NCBI GenBank assembly: GCA_046726415.1
Contig: JBKPAK010000035.1
Location: 1-40,717 of the forward strand
Origin: Candidatus Methylomirabilota bacterium
GTDB taxonomy: Bacteria; Methylomirabilota; Methylomirabilia; Rokubacteriales; CSP1-6
Length of the DNA: 40,717 nt
Direction of reading: 5' to 3'
Numbering within the stretch: position 1 is the stretch's first letter; every line of letters begins with the position of its first letter. Shown in pieces: positions 9,556 through 18,487 of the stretch. The position numbers were made by a program, and so were the translations under genes. The notes under the pieces are model-generated. The model did not search any database and was not told where the DNA came from. It was given only the letters and a program-made list of their open reading frames with translations.

Positions 9556-10842
9556 GTGGCGACTCCCGACGTCGTCGTCGTGGGAGCCGGTGCCGCCGGC
9601 CTGGTGGCGGCCCGGGAGCTCACGCGGGCCGGGTTCGCCGTCCGCGTGATTGAGGCGCGCCGCCGCGTGGGTGGTCGCGCGTGGACCGAGCGCGAGACCT
9701 TCGGGGTGCCCATCGACCGCGGCTGCGCCTGGTTGCACGCGGCGGACCGCAATCCATGGACCGAATACGCACGGCAGCACGGCTTCACCGTCACCGAGCG
9801 TTCCCCGGACTGGCGGCAGTGGATCGGACGTGAGCGCGTGACCGCCGCGCTGCGTGAGCGTCTCGATGCGAGCTGGGATCGAGCGGTCGAAGCGATCGCA
9901 GCCACGGCCCGGGCCGGTCGCGACGTCCCCGCGTCCGAAGTGCTCCCGACCGATCTCGAGTTCCGGTCACTGTTCGACGCCAGCATCACCTGGATGATGG
10001 GCGTGGACACGCCCAATCTCTCCACGGCCGACTTCGCGGCCTCGGAGGACTCCGACGTCAACTGGGCGGTGCGCGAGGGGCTTGGTGCGGTGGTGGCCAG
10101 CGCCGCTCGTGACCTGGACATCGTGCTCGACTGCCCGGTCACCGCGATTGACTGGAGCGGGGCCCGCGTTCGCGTGGCGACCGCCCGGGGGGAGCTCGAG
10201 TGCCGCGCCGTGGTCGTGACGGTCCCCACGACCTTGCTCGTCCGTGGCGAGCCCGCTTTCACGCCACCGCTGCCGGTGGAATGCGCAGAGGCGTTTGCGA
10301 GGTTGCCCCTCGGCGTTGCCAATAAGGTGTTCCTCGAGATGGGGTCGGGGGCGCTCCCCTTCGAAGGAATCGTGAATGTCGTGGCCAGCGCCACCACGGC
10401 GCGCACGGTGAGCTTCACCGTGCGACCGGCGGGACAGGAGCTGATCCTCGCCTACTTCGGTGGCGACTATGCACGGGATCTCGAGGTCCAGAACGCGCTC
10501 GAGGCAGCCGCCCGCGAGGAACTCGTCAGCCTCTTCGGTGTCGAGCTTGGCCGTCGCATCCGGCGCAGTACGGCCACGGCGTGGGTCGGCGATCCCTGGG
10601 CGCGAGGCGCGTACTCGGCTGCGCGCCCAGGATTCGCGCATTGCCGGACGGTCCTGGCCCAACCCGTCGGCGAACGCATCTTCTTCGCCGGTGACGCCTG
10701 CACGGTTGAGACATTCGGCGCGATCCATGGCGCCTGGGTCTCGGGCGCCGAGACCACCCGGCGGGTTGTCGCCGCCCTGGCGGGTCGTCCGCAGCCTCTT
10801 GCGACCTCCGAACGTCAGGGCAAACCCAGCCCTCGAACCTGA
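9556..10842 (+). CDS. Flavin monoamine oxidase family FAD-dependent oxidoreductase
   Basis: VVVVGAGAAGL..VIEARRRVGGR Rossmann fold, DRGCAWLH, WVGDPWARGAYS, FFAGDA..IHGAW. Confidence 0.9.
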   Translation: MATPDVVVVGAGAAGLVAARELTRAGFAVRVIEARRRVGGRAWTERETFGVPIDRGCAWLHAADRNPWTEYARQHGFTVTERSPDWRQWIGRERVTAALRERLDASWDRAVEAIAATARAGRDVPASEVLPTDLEFRSLFDASITWMMGVDTPNLSTADFAASEDSDVNWAVREGLGAVVASAARDLDIVLDCPVTAIDWSGARVRVATARGELECRAVVVTVPTTLLVRGEPAFTPPLPVECAEAFARLPLGVANKVFLEMGSGALPFEGIVNVVASATTARTVSFTVRPAGQELILAYFGGDYARDLEVQNALEAAAREELVSLFGVELGRRIRRSTATAWVGDPWARGAYSAARPGFAHCRTVLAQPVGERIFFAGDACTVETFGAIHGAWVSGAETTRRVVAALAGRPQPLATSERQGKPSPRT

Positions 10843-10912
10843 CGGGGCTCATGGTCCAGAGGAGTATCGGTCGGACTCCGGTAGCCGAGCGCGTCTCACC
10901 AGGGAGGACGCC

Positions 10913-11871
10913 ATGATCGTCGACATCCATGCCCACTACTTTCCGAAGGCGTATAACGACATCCTCATGCGCATCGGCGGGCGCAGCCTGCCCGAGGCGG
11001 CGCGGCCGATCACCGCCCGGCCAATGCGGGAAGACGACCCGTCGGGAATGCCCACGCGTCTGTCGCAGATGGACGATGCCGGGGTGCAGATGCAGGTGCT
11101 CTCGCCGGCCGCGAGCCCGCCGTATGCGGAGAAAGAAGCCGATGCCGTCGCGGCGGCGCGACTCATCAACGACAGCTACGCCGAGCTCGCCAGGAAGTAC
11201 CCTGGCCGGCTCACCGCCTTCGTGTCGCTGCCGCTGCCCCACATCGAGGCCGCGCTGCGTGAGATGGAGCGCGGACTAGACCAGCTCGGCATGCTCGGGG
11301 TGTCGATGACGTGCTCGTGTTTCGACCGCTCGACCGCGGAAGTGGAGTTCGAGCCCCTGTACGAGGAGATGAATCGACGCGGCGCCGTACTGAACTACCA
11401 CCCGATCCAGAACGGCATCTGCTCGCCGATGATCAACGATTACCGGTTCACGGTCTCGGTCGGCGCCTCGCTCGAGGACAGCGCCATCGTGCTCCACCTG
11501 ATCGCTCGGCGCGTGCCGGAGCGGTTTTCGAGATCAAGTACGTCATCCCCCATCTGGGCGGCATCATCCCGATGCTGCTCCAGCGGCTCGACAATCAGGC
11601 CCCGCGACAGCACCCGGACCTGTCGGAGCCTCCGAGCGCAACCGCCCGGCGCTTCTACTACGACACCGTCGGCCACGGCTCCCACGCTGCGCTACTCTGC
11701 GCGTGGAAGGCGTTCGGCGCTGACCACTTGGTGGCGGGGAGCGACTACCCGGTCTTGCTCGCGTTCGAGACGTATCGGCAGACGTTTCACTACATTCGAG
11801 AGTGCGGCCTGCCGGTCGAGGACGTCGACAAGATCCTCAACCACAACGCCCAGATGCTCCTGGGCGTTTGA
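10913..11871 (+). pseudogene. Amidohydrolase-2 family (ACMSD/decarboxylase-like) with one -1 frameshift at about 11530
   Basis: GGAGG RBS; DIHAH and NYHP in the first frame; IPHLGG, YYDT and GSDYP in the second frame. Confidence 0.85.
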
Positions 11872-11967
11872 GGATTTGGGGGGCGACCACCTTCCCCTCG
11901 GGATCCTCGAGGTACAGGCTGGTGCTCACCGCCTGATCGGCGGTGGCTACGATGGGCACGCCAAGTG

Positions 11968-12903
11968 TCACTTGACCTGAGGAATCACCGCGGTGGCGAG
12001 GTGCTCGATGATGGCGAGCATCTCCTCGACCTTGCCCGTGCGGAAATCGTAGGTGAGCTGCTCAATGCCGATGTCTCGACAGCGGCGAGCGTCGTCGATC
12101 ACCTCTTGGGTCGTGCCGATGAGGCTGCCGCCGGAGCGGCGGAGCACTTCGCCCGACAGCCCGATGTCGGTGAAGTGCAACGCGCGCTTGAGCGAGATCG
12201 CAACGCCCTTCGGATCGCGACCAATGCGCTCGGCTTCGTCGCGAAGGTAGGGCAGGTGCTGCGCCACGTAGTCGGGCGTCTGGCGGGTAGGGTGCCAGGC
12301 GTCGCCGTGGCGGACGGAGCGCCGGACCGCCGCCTTGCTGTGGCCCCCGACCCAGATGGGCGGATGCGGCTTTTGGAGTGGCTTCGGATACATCGCGATG
12401 CCGTCGAACTCGCAGAAGCGACCCTGGAAGGCCGGTCGTTCCTCGGTCCACAGGGTCTTGAAAACCTGGATGTATTCATCGGTGACGGGTCCGCGATCCT
12501 TGTAGGACGCCCCGAGCACCTGGAACTCCTTCTCCAGCCAGCCTACCCCAACACCGCAGATCAACCGCCCCGCCGAGAGCACGTCGAGGCACGCGAGCAT
12601 CTTCGCCTGCACGATGGGATTCCGGTACGGGACGATGATGACGGTGGCGCCGATCTTCACCGTCTTCGTCACCGCGGCGGCGTAGGCGAGGAGCGTGAAC
12701 GGTTCGAAGAAGTTCTCGGTAGAGGCCAGCGGAAACGACCCGTCCGGGGTGTACGGATACTGCGTGGTTCCCTCTGTGGGCAGGATGAGGTGGTCGCCCG
12801 TCCAGAGCGATTCGAACCCAAGCGCCTCGGCGCGCTGGACGAAACGAATGACGTCGGTCCCGGTCACCGATCCGGCACTCGGGATCCCGACGCCAAACCG
12901 CAT
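11968..12903 (-). CDS. LLM-class (probably F420-dependent) oxidoreductase
   Basis: MRFGVGIP..AEALGFESLWTGDH, LDVLSAGRL..GVGVGWLEKEF, PKPLQKPHPPIWVGG. Confidence 0.9.
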   Translation of the reverse strand: MRFGVGIPSAGSVTGTDVIRFVQRAEALGFESLWTGDHLILPTEGTTQYPYTPDGSFPLASTENFFEPFTLLAYAAAVTKTVKIGATVIIVPYRNPIVQAKMLACLDVLSAGRLICGVGVGWLEKEFQVLGASYKDRGPVTDEYIQVFKTLWTEERPAFQGRFCEFDGIAMYPKPLQKPHPPIWVGGHSKAAVRRSVRHGDAWHPTRQTPDYVAQHLPYLRDEAERIGRDPKGVAISLKRALHFTDIGLSGEVLRRSGGSLIGTTQEVIDDARRCRDIGIEQLTYDFRTGKVEEMLAIIEHLATAVIPQVK

Positions 12904-12917
12904 GCGCCCGTTCGACC

Positions 12918-14600
12918 TCAGCCGCGCTGCGGTGCGCGGAGCACCCGGCCGGGAAAGGCGCCGGTATGCTGGCCATGATCGAAGACGGCCTCGCCGCTCA
13001 CGACGACGTACTCCACACCCTCCGCGCGCTGCACCCGGCGGGGTGAGCCGTTCGGGCCGTCGCGCGTGATCTCGTCCTCCCTGACGCCGATCCGCGCGAG
13101 ATCGAAGACCACGAGGTCGGCCACCATGCCTTCGCGCACCAGCCCCCGGTCGCTCAGGCCCATGATGCTCGCGGGCTGGAAGGTGAAGCGGCGGACGGCA
13201 TCTTCGAGGCTCAGGAGCTGCCGCTCGCGCACCCACTCGCCCAGCACGTAGCTCGACTCACCGGCGGTGCAGAAGTTTGTGTTGAGATGCGCGCCGGCGT
13301 CGGTCTGGGAGGGGATGGCGTGGCCTGTCTTCACGTACTCCGCTAGCTCGACGTCTTCCTCCCGTGAGCGGGACTGCAGGAGGAACTCGGTCTCCAGCTT
13401 CTCCTCGACGGCGAGATCGAGCATCACGTCGGCCACGTGCTTGCCCTGGGCCGCGGCCAGGTCGGTGAGGGTGCGCCCCTCCAGGGCGCGGTTCTTCTCG
13501 AGGGTGGCCTTGCTGACGATGATCGACTGCCACTTGATGAACCGCCCGGGCACCCCAGGCCGGCGGCGCTGCCGCTGCATGGCCGCTTCGCGAAGCTCCG
13601 CGCGCTTCTCGGGATTGCCGAGGAGCGCCATGCGCTCGTCGAACGGGGCGGCCATGGCCACATCCCACACGTCGAGGTTGGCGAAGTAGGTGGTCTTCTT
13701 GAGCTTGAAGCGCGGATTGAAGGGGATGGCGCGGAGAAGGTTGTAGAGCTGCGCGCCCTGCCTCGTTGCCCCCTCCACGTAGCTCCGCGCGCTCGCGTCG
13801 AAGCCGAGAAAGAAGACGGGACGGCCGCTCGTCTGCGCCACCTCGAAGAGGTGCTGCCGATCGGCCTCGTCGGGCTGGCCGGCGCCGGGCGGCAGGATCT
13901 CGATGATGCCCCGGTTGAACTCCCCCAGGGTGCGACCAAGCGCGATGCGCTCGTCGTTGACGGCGAGCCGCGTGGGTACTGGCTGCCCCTGCGGGCCGGC
14001 GTGGGTCGGCGACACGGTGGTGCTCCAGCCCCACGCCCCCTCCTCGAGGGCCCCGCGCAGGAGGCCTTGCATGGCCGCGATCTCGTCTGGTGTGGCCGCG
14101 CGGTCCCACGCCGCCTTATCCATGACGCTGAGCCGCAACGGGTTATGACCGACGAGGGGCATGATGTTCACGCCGAGCCCGATGTCGATGGCCTTGAGGA
14201 ACTCGTCGAAGCTCTGCCAGGTCCAGGGCAGCACGGCGCTCAGCGAGCGCACGGGCAGGTCCTCGACGCAGCAGAAGGTGGCGAGCATCGTCTCCCGGTG
14301 CTCGGGCCGCAGGGGGGCGAGAGTCAGCCCGCAGTTGCCCGTGAGGACTGTGGTGACGCCGTGCCAGCTGGAGGACGTGCAGAGCCGGTCCCAGAAGGGC
14401 TGGGCATCGTAGTGCGTGTGGAGGTCGATGATGCCCGGGGCCACGAAGAGCCCCTCGGCGTCGATCGTCTTCTCCGCCCGCCCGCCGATGCGGCCGATCT
14501 CGGCAATCCGGCCGTCCTTGATGGCGACGTCCGCTCGATAGCGCGAAAAGCCCGTCCCGTCGACGACCATCCCGTTCTTGATCAGCAGGTCGAAAGGCAT
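12918..14600 (-). CDS. N-acyl-D-amino-acid deacylase family amidohydrolase
   Basis: DLLIKNGMVVDGTG, APGIIDLHTHYD, GNCG, TDAGAH, DRGLVREGMVADLVVFD. Confidence 0.9.
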   Translation of the reverse strand: MPFDLLIKNGMVVDGTGFSRYRADVAIKDGRIAEIGRIGGRAEKTIDAEGLFVAPGIIDLHTHYDAQPFWDRLCTSSSWHGVTTVLTGNCGLTLAPLRPEHRETMLATFCCVEDLPVRSLSAVLPWTWQSFDEFLKAIDIGLGVNIMPLVGHNPLRLSVMDKAAWDRAATPDEIAAMQGLLRGALEEGAWGWSTTVSPTHAGPQGQPVPTRLAVNDERIALGRTLGEFNRGIIEILPPGAGQPDEADRQHLFEVAQTSGRPVFFLGFDASARSYVEGATRQGAQLYNLLRAIPFNPRFKLKKTTYFANLDVWDVAMAAPFDERMALLGNPEKRAELREAAMQRQRRRPGVPGRFIKWQSIIVSKATLEKNRALEGRTLTDLAAAQGKHVADVMLDLAVEEKLETEFLLQSRSREEDVELAEYVKTGHAIPSQTDAGAHLNTNFCTAGESSYVLGEWVRERQLLSLEDAVRRFTFQPASIMGLSDRGLVREGMVADLVVFDLARIGVREDEITRDGPNGSPRRVQRAEGVEYVVVSGEAVFDHGQHTGAFPGRVLRAPQRG

Positions 14601-14685
14601 GACGTCCCCCGTTCGCTCAAGCTAACGTTGCTGCCCAGAATGTATCACTGCTCGCCCCGAAGGCGAGAGGGCCGAACGGCGTCCT

Positions 14686-15000
14686 TCAAGGGGCCGACCC
14701 GGTCTCGTCGGCGAGGAGGTCCTCGATGATCTTCTGGTCGGTGGTGTCGACCGACGTCAGGCGAATGCGATGGATGGCTTCGTGGCCCTCGCGCGCGGAT
14801 ACGACCTTGCCGTAGACATCGCCGGATTCGACGCCAAGGCCCGGATACTGGAAGCGGAACCGCACGTTGGTCAGCCCGGGAAGACGGCGCTCCAAGCGCG
14901 CCATCACCTCGTGCCTTCGCAACCGGACCACCGTTCCAGAGATGCTCTCGCGGCCGATCACCTTGCCGTCGAGCATCATCCGGGCCACGCTCAGCGCTCG
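14686..15000 (-). pseudogene. Isolated C-terminal accessory domain resembling the tail of class III adenylate cyclases (gene relic)
   Basis: LDGKVIG..SGTVVRL..LTNVRFRF..GDVYGKVV..IRLTSV matches, from memory, the post-catalytic tail of cyanobacterial-type cyclases. No RBS and no cyclase domain upstream. Confidence 0.5.
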
Positions 15001-15194
15001 GGGTCGACGGGGGGCTCGAGGCCGATCGCACGATCGCGCGCGCGTTGTCGTATCGCGCTGGCCTCCATCTGCCCCCAGCCGATGTCGGCGATCTAGGCGC
15101 GCCACCGCGCCCCCATCCCAAGGGGGTATCGCGGCGCGCGTCGGCGGAGGCGGGACGCTCCGAGCGCCGGTGCCCGTCTCGGGCCCCCCATGTC

Positions 15195-15470
15195 CTAGGT
15201 TCGCTTGGGTTGGAGGCTACCGTTGACGAGTTTCTCGCACGCGCCCTTGGGCATATAGATCCAGGCGTCGCCCTGCGCATCGCGTTTCGACGTGCCCGCG
15301 CAGGACGAATTGGCAGTCTGGCAGTCGTTCTTGCCGGCCTTCGCAATGCCGTAGCACTTCTCCGCTTCGAAGTTTGGCTTCGGGGCAGGACCACCCTGCG
15401 CGGTCACCGCGAGAGGCACGGTCAGGGCTGCCGCGACGGCTGAGGCCACGAACAGGTGCGTCGTCTTTAT
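15195..15470 (-). CDS. bufA1: BufA1/DUF2282 bufferin-type Cys-rich periplasmic precursor peptide (ATA at the start position)
   Basis: Signal peptide, then EKCYGIAKAGKNDC..SSCAGTSKRD..WIYMPKGACEKL. Strong CAGGAGG RBS is followed by ATA AAG ACG. Confidence 0.88.
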   Translation of the reverse strand: MKTTHLFVASAVAAALTVPLAVTAQGGPAPKPNFEAEKCYGIAKAGKNDCQTANSSCAGTSKRDAQGDAWIYMPKGACEKLVNGSLQPKRT

Positions 15471-15659
15471 CTCCGTCCTCCTGTGAGTGTCGTGCTCGAG
15501 ACACGCGCTCGCCTGCATCGCAGGCCTCGGACCGAGGCTACGGGGCCCCGTGACCACGCGTGTCACAAGGTGCAAACTCCGAGAGCCAAGGTCGGTCATG
15601 CTGGGGAATGGCCGGAATTCGATAGAATGACCGACACATCACTGCACAAGGAGCGCACC

Positions 15660-16826
15660 ATGCCTCGACCGCTGCGCTTGCCCCGCCCTGACGGTAGCAT
15701 CGTTTCGTACAGCGTGGGTCCGCCGGTCCCCCTGCCGTCCAGCGCGGGGCCCATCAAGAGCCGCGTCGCCTACGCCGCCGCGCACGTCGTGGCCGATCCC
15801 CTTGCCGATGTGGACCCGACGCTCGATCCCGCGGTCGATTGGGAGAGCACGCTGGCCTTTCGGCGCTATCTCTATGGGCTCGGGCTGGCGGTGGCCGAGG
15901 CTATGGACACGGCCCAGCGTGGAATGGGTATGAGCTGGGAGGCGACGAAAGAACTGATCCGTCGCTCGCTGGTCGATTCGCGCACCATTGCCGGAGCCCG
16001 GATCGGGTGCGGCGTCGGCACCGATCAGCTGGCTCCATCGCCGGCGGCGACCCTCGACCAAGTCGAGGCGGCCTACGCGGAGCAAGTGGAGTGGGTCGAA
16101 CGCCACGGCGGACAGGTCATCATGATGGCCAGCCGGGCTCTCGCCGCGTGCGCCAGGCGGCCCGAGGATTACGTTCGCGTGTATCGACGAATCCTCGGCC
16201 AAGTGGCGCACCCGGTGATCATCCACTGGCTCGGCGACATGTTCGACCCCGCGCTGGAAGGGTACTGGGGTTCGCCGAGCCTCGACGTCGCCATGGAGGT
16301 GTTGCTGGCCATTGTCCGCGAGCACGCTGCCCAGGTGGACGGGGTCAAGCTCTCGCTCCTGGACCAGAAGCGCGAGATCGCCATGCGCCGCCAGTTCCCC
16401 GCGGGCGTGCGCATGTACAGCGGCGACGATTTCGACTATCCCACCACGATCCGGGGCGATGAGCAGGGTTACAGCGATGCGCTGCTGGGTATCTTCGACG
16501 TGATCGCGCCCGCCGCGTCGGCGGCTCTCCACGCGCTCGACCGCGGCGACCTCGTGCGGTACGAGGCTGTCTTCGGACCGACCCTGCCCCTGTCCCGCCA
16601 CCTCTTTGGCTCGCCGACTCGTTTCTACAAGACCGGCGTGGTGTTCGTGGCGTACCTCAATGGCCACCAGTCGCATTTCCGCATGGTGGGCGGTTTCGAA
16701 AGCGCGCGGTCCGTGGTCCACCTGGCCGAGATCTTCCGGCTCGCTGACCGGGCGGGCATCCTGCGCGACCCCGAGCTGGCCACCGAGCGCATGCGGCACG
16801 TGCTCGCTGTGGCGGGCGTCGCGTAG
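15660..16826 (+). CDS. DUF993 / dihydrodipicolinate-synthase-like TIM barrel protein
   Basis: AAGGAG RBS; YAAAHVVADP, AEAMDTAQRGMG, HWLGDMFDP, KLSLLD, GDDFDY, SDALLGIFD; -10 TAGAAT at 15623. Confidence 0.88.
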   Translation: MPRPLRLPRPDGSIVSYSVGPPVPLPSSAGPIKSRVAYAAAHVVADPLADVDPTLDPAVDWESTLAFRRYLYGLGLAVAEAMDTAQRGMGMSWEATKELIRRSLVDSRTIAGARIGCGVGTDQLAPSPAATLDQVEAAYAEQVEWVERHGGQVIMMASRALAACARRPEDYVRVYRRILGQVAHPVIIHWLGDMFDPALEGYWGSPSLDVAMEVLLAIVREHAAQVDGVKLSLLDQKREIAMRRQFPAGVRMYSGDDFDYPTTIRGDEQGYSDALLGIFDVIAPAASAALHALDRGDLVRYEAVFGPTLPLSRHLFGSPTRFYKTGVVFVAYLNGHQSHFRMVGGFESARSVVHLAEIFRLADRAGILRDPELATERMRHVLAVAGVA

Positions 16827-16849
16827 TCGGCGGCGCCCGCGATGTCGAA

Positions 16850-16918
16850 CGCGATCGACGTCTATGGCCGAGCAGTTCGCCGTCCGCGATCGACGTCTAC
16901 GCCGAGCAGTTCGCCGTC
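16850..16918. repeat. Imperfect tandem duplication, 35 + 34 bp
   Basis: cgcgatcgacgtctatggccgagcagttcgccgtc followed directly by cgcgatcgacgtctacgccgagcagttcgccgtc. Confidence 0.9.
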
Positions 16919-17104
16919 GATCTCAGTCCCTGCGGCTGCGGCCGCAACCCCCCGGTGTCGCGCGGGAGGCGCCGTGACCGGGGAGTGCCTCGCGGATCTC
17001 CGGACTCTCGGCCGTCTGCACACGCGGGCGCCGCGGGCCATGCAGGCCGCCGAGCGGCTGGCCCCTATCTGGCCGGTCCACGCCAGCGGCGAGGACTTGG
17101 TGTC

Positions 17105-17968
17105 GTGAGCCGCTTCGAGCTGCACGAGCCGACCAGCATCGGTGACGCCGTGATGCTGGCCGCGCGCTTCGGAACAGAGGGGTGCTTCCTCGCTGGTGGA
17201 ACGGACCTGCTCGTCCAGCTTCAGCGCGGCCGGGTGCGGCCGGGGCACGTCATCGCCCTCGCCCGGGTGCCGGGCCTCTCGACCGTAGAGGTGGACGGGC
17301 CGATCACCCTGGGGTCAGCGGTCACGCACCGGACCATCGAGAAGACGGCCGCGTTCGGCGGAGCGCTGCGCTGTCTCATCGAAGGCGCCGAGGTGATCGG
17401 CGGTCACCAGGTGCGCAACGTGGCGACGGTCGGGGGCAATCTCGTCAATGCCTCACCGGCCGCGGACCTAGCCCCCTGTCTGCTCGCCCTGGACGGCAGG
17501 GTCACGTTGCGGTCGCCCGACGGTGAGCGGGAGCTCTCGGTCGATCGGTTCCTGCTGGGACCGAACCGAACAGCGCGGCGTCCCGACGAGTTGCTCACTC
17601 GGGTTCGTTGCCCCTCGCTCCCGCCGCATTCGGGCACGGCCTTTCTCAAAGCCGGTCGGCGCAAAGCCATGGAGATCGCCGTCGTCTGCGTGGCCGTGCG
17701 GCTCACGCTGGACCCCAGCGGCCAGCGATGTCTGGACGCGCGCATCGCGCTGGGGGCGGTGGCGCCGACCACCGTGCGGGCACGTGCGGCGGAGCGGCTC
17801 GTCACAGGGCAGCGCGCCACCGCTGAGGTATTCCGCCGCGTGGCGGAGGCGGCCCGGGATGACTGCGCGCCCATCGACGACGTGCGCGCCTCGGCGCGCT
17901 TCCGGCGTCACCTCGTCGGCGTCCTCGTGCAGCGCGCGCTCGCGCGCTGCGTGGAACGCATCGCATGA
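17105..17968 (+). CDS. Xanthine dehydrogenase-family FAD-binding (medium, CoxM-like) subunit
   Basis: FLAGGTDLLV, QVRNVATVGGNLVNASPAAD, PIDDVRASA. Confidence 0.92.
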   Translation: MSRFELHEPTSIGDAVMLAARFGTEGCFLAGGTDLLVQLQRGRVRPGHVIALARVPGLSTVEVDGPITLGSAVTHRTIEKTAAFGGALRCLIEGAEVIGGHQVRNVATVGGNLVNASPAADLAPCLLALDGRVTLRSPDGERELSVDRFLLGPNRTARRPDELLTRVRCPSLPPHSGTAFLKAGRRKAMEIAVVCVAVRLTLDPSGQRCLDARIALGAVAPTTVRARAAERLVTGQRATAEVFRRVAEAARDDCAPIDDVRASARFRRHLVGVLVQRALARCVERIA

Positions 17969-17980
17969 TGGGGCGCTGAC

Positions 17981-18487
17981 ATGGCCCGACGGGCGATTGC
18001 CCTCCAGGTGAATGGGCAGACGCACGAGGTCTTCGCCGAGCCAGATCGTACGCTTCTGGACGTCCTTCGCACTGACCTCGGCCTGACTGGGACCAAGACC
18101 AACTGCCTGGAGGCCGAGTGCGGAGTGTGCACGGTCCTGATCGATGGCATGGCGATGAACGCGTGCCTCGTCCTGGCCATGGCCGCGCGGGGACGCGCGA
18201 TCACCACGATCGAAGGCCTCGGGCGAGAGGGCGTGCTTCATCCACTCCAGCAAGCCTTCATCGATCACGGCGCCGTCCAGTGTGGTTACTGCATCCCGGG
18301 CACGATCCTCACGGCGAAGGCCTACCTCGACGAACATCCCACGCCGACGGAGACCGAGGTGCGGGAGGCGCTGGCCGGCAATCTCTGTCGTTGCACGGGT
18401 TATCAGAAAATCGTCGAGGCGGTGCTGGGCGCCGCGCGCGTCCTGGCCACCGGAGGCGGAGCCGCGCGGGAGAGGACTGCCCCATGA
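17981..18487 (+). CDS. Xanthine dehydrogenase-family 2x[2Fe-2S] (small, CoxS-like) subunit
   Basis: CLEAECGVC..C, QCGYCIPG, GNLCRCTGY. Confidence 0.95.
   Translation: MARRAIALQVNGQTHEVFAEPDRTLLDVLRTDLGLTGTKTNCLEAECGVCTVLIDGMAMNACLVLAMAARGRAITTIEGLGREGVLHPLQQAFIDHGAVQCGYCIPGTILTAKAYLDEHPTPTETEVREALAGNLCRCTGYQKIVEAVLGAARVLATGGGAARERTAP

Noticed and set aside
10818-10900. Integron attC-like start (GGCAAAC..CTCGAACCTGAC) at the end of the amine oxidase gene
   Set aside because: No complementary GTTRRRY right end, no second site and no integrase; at best a degenerate relic.
16850-16918. CRISPR-like repeat of about 35 bp
   Set aside because: Only two copies, directly abutting with no spacer, and no cas genes.
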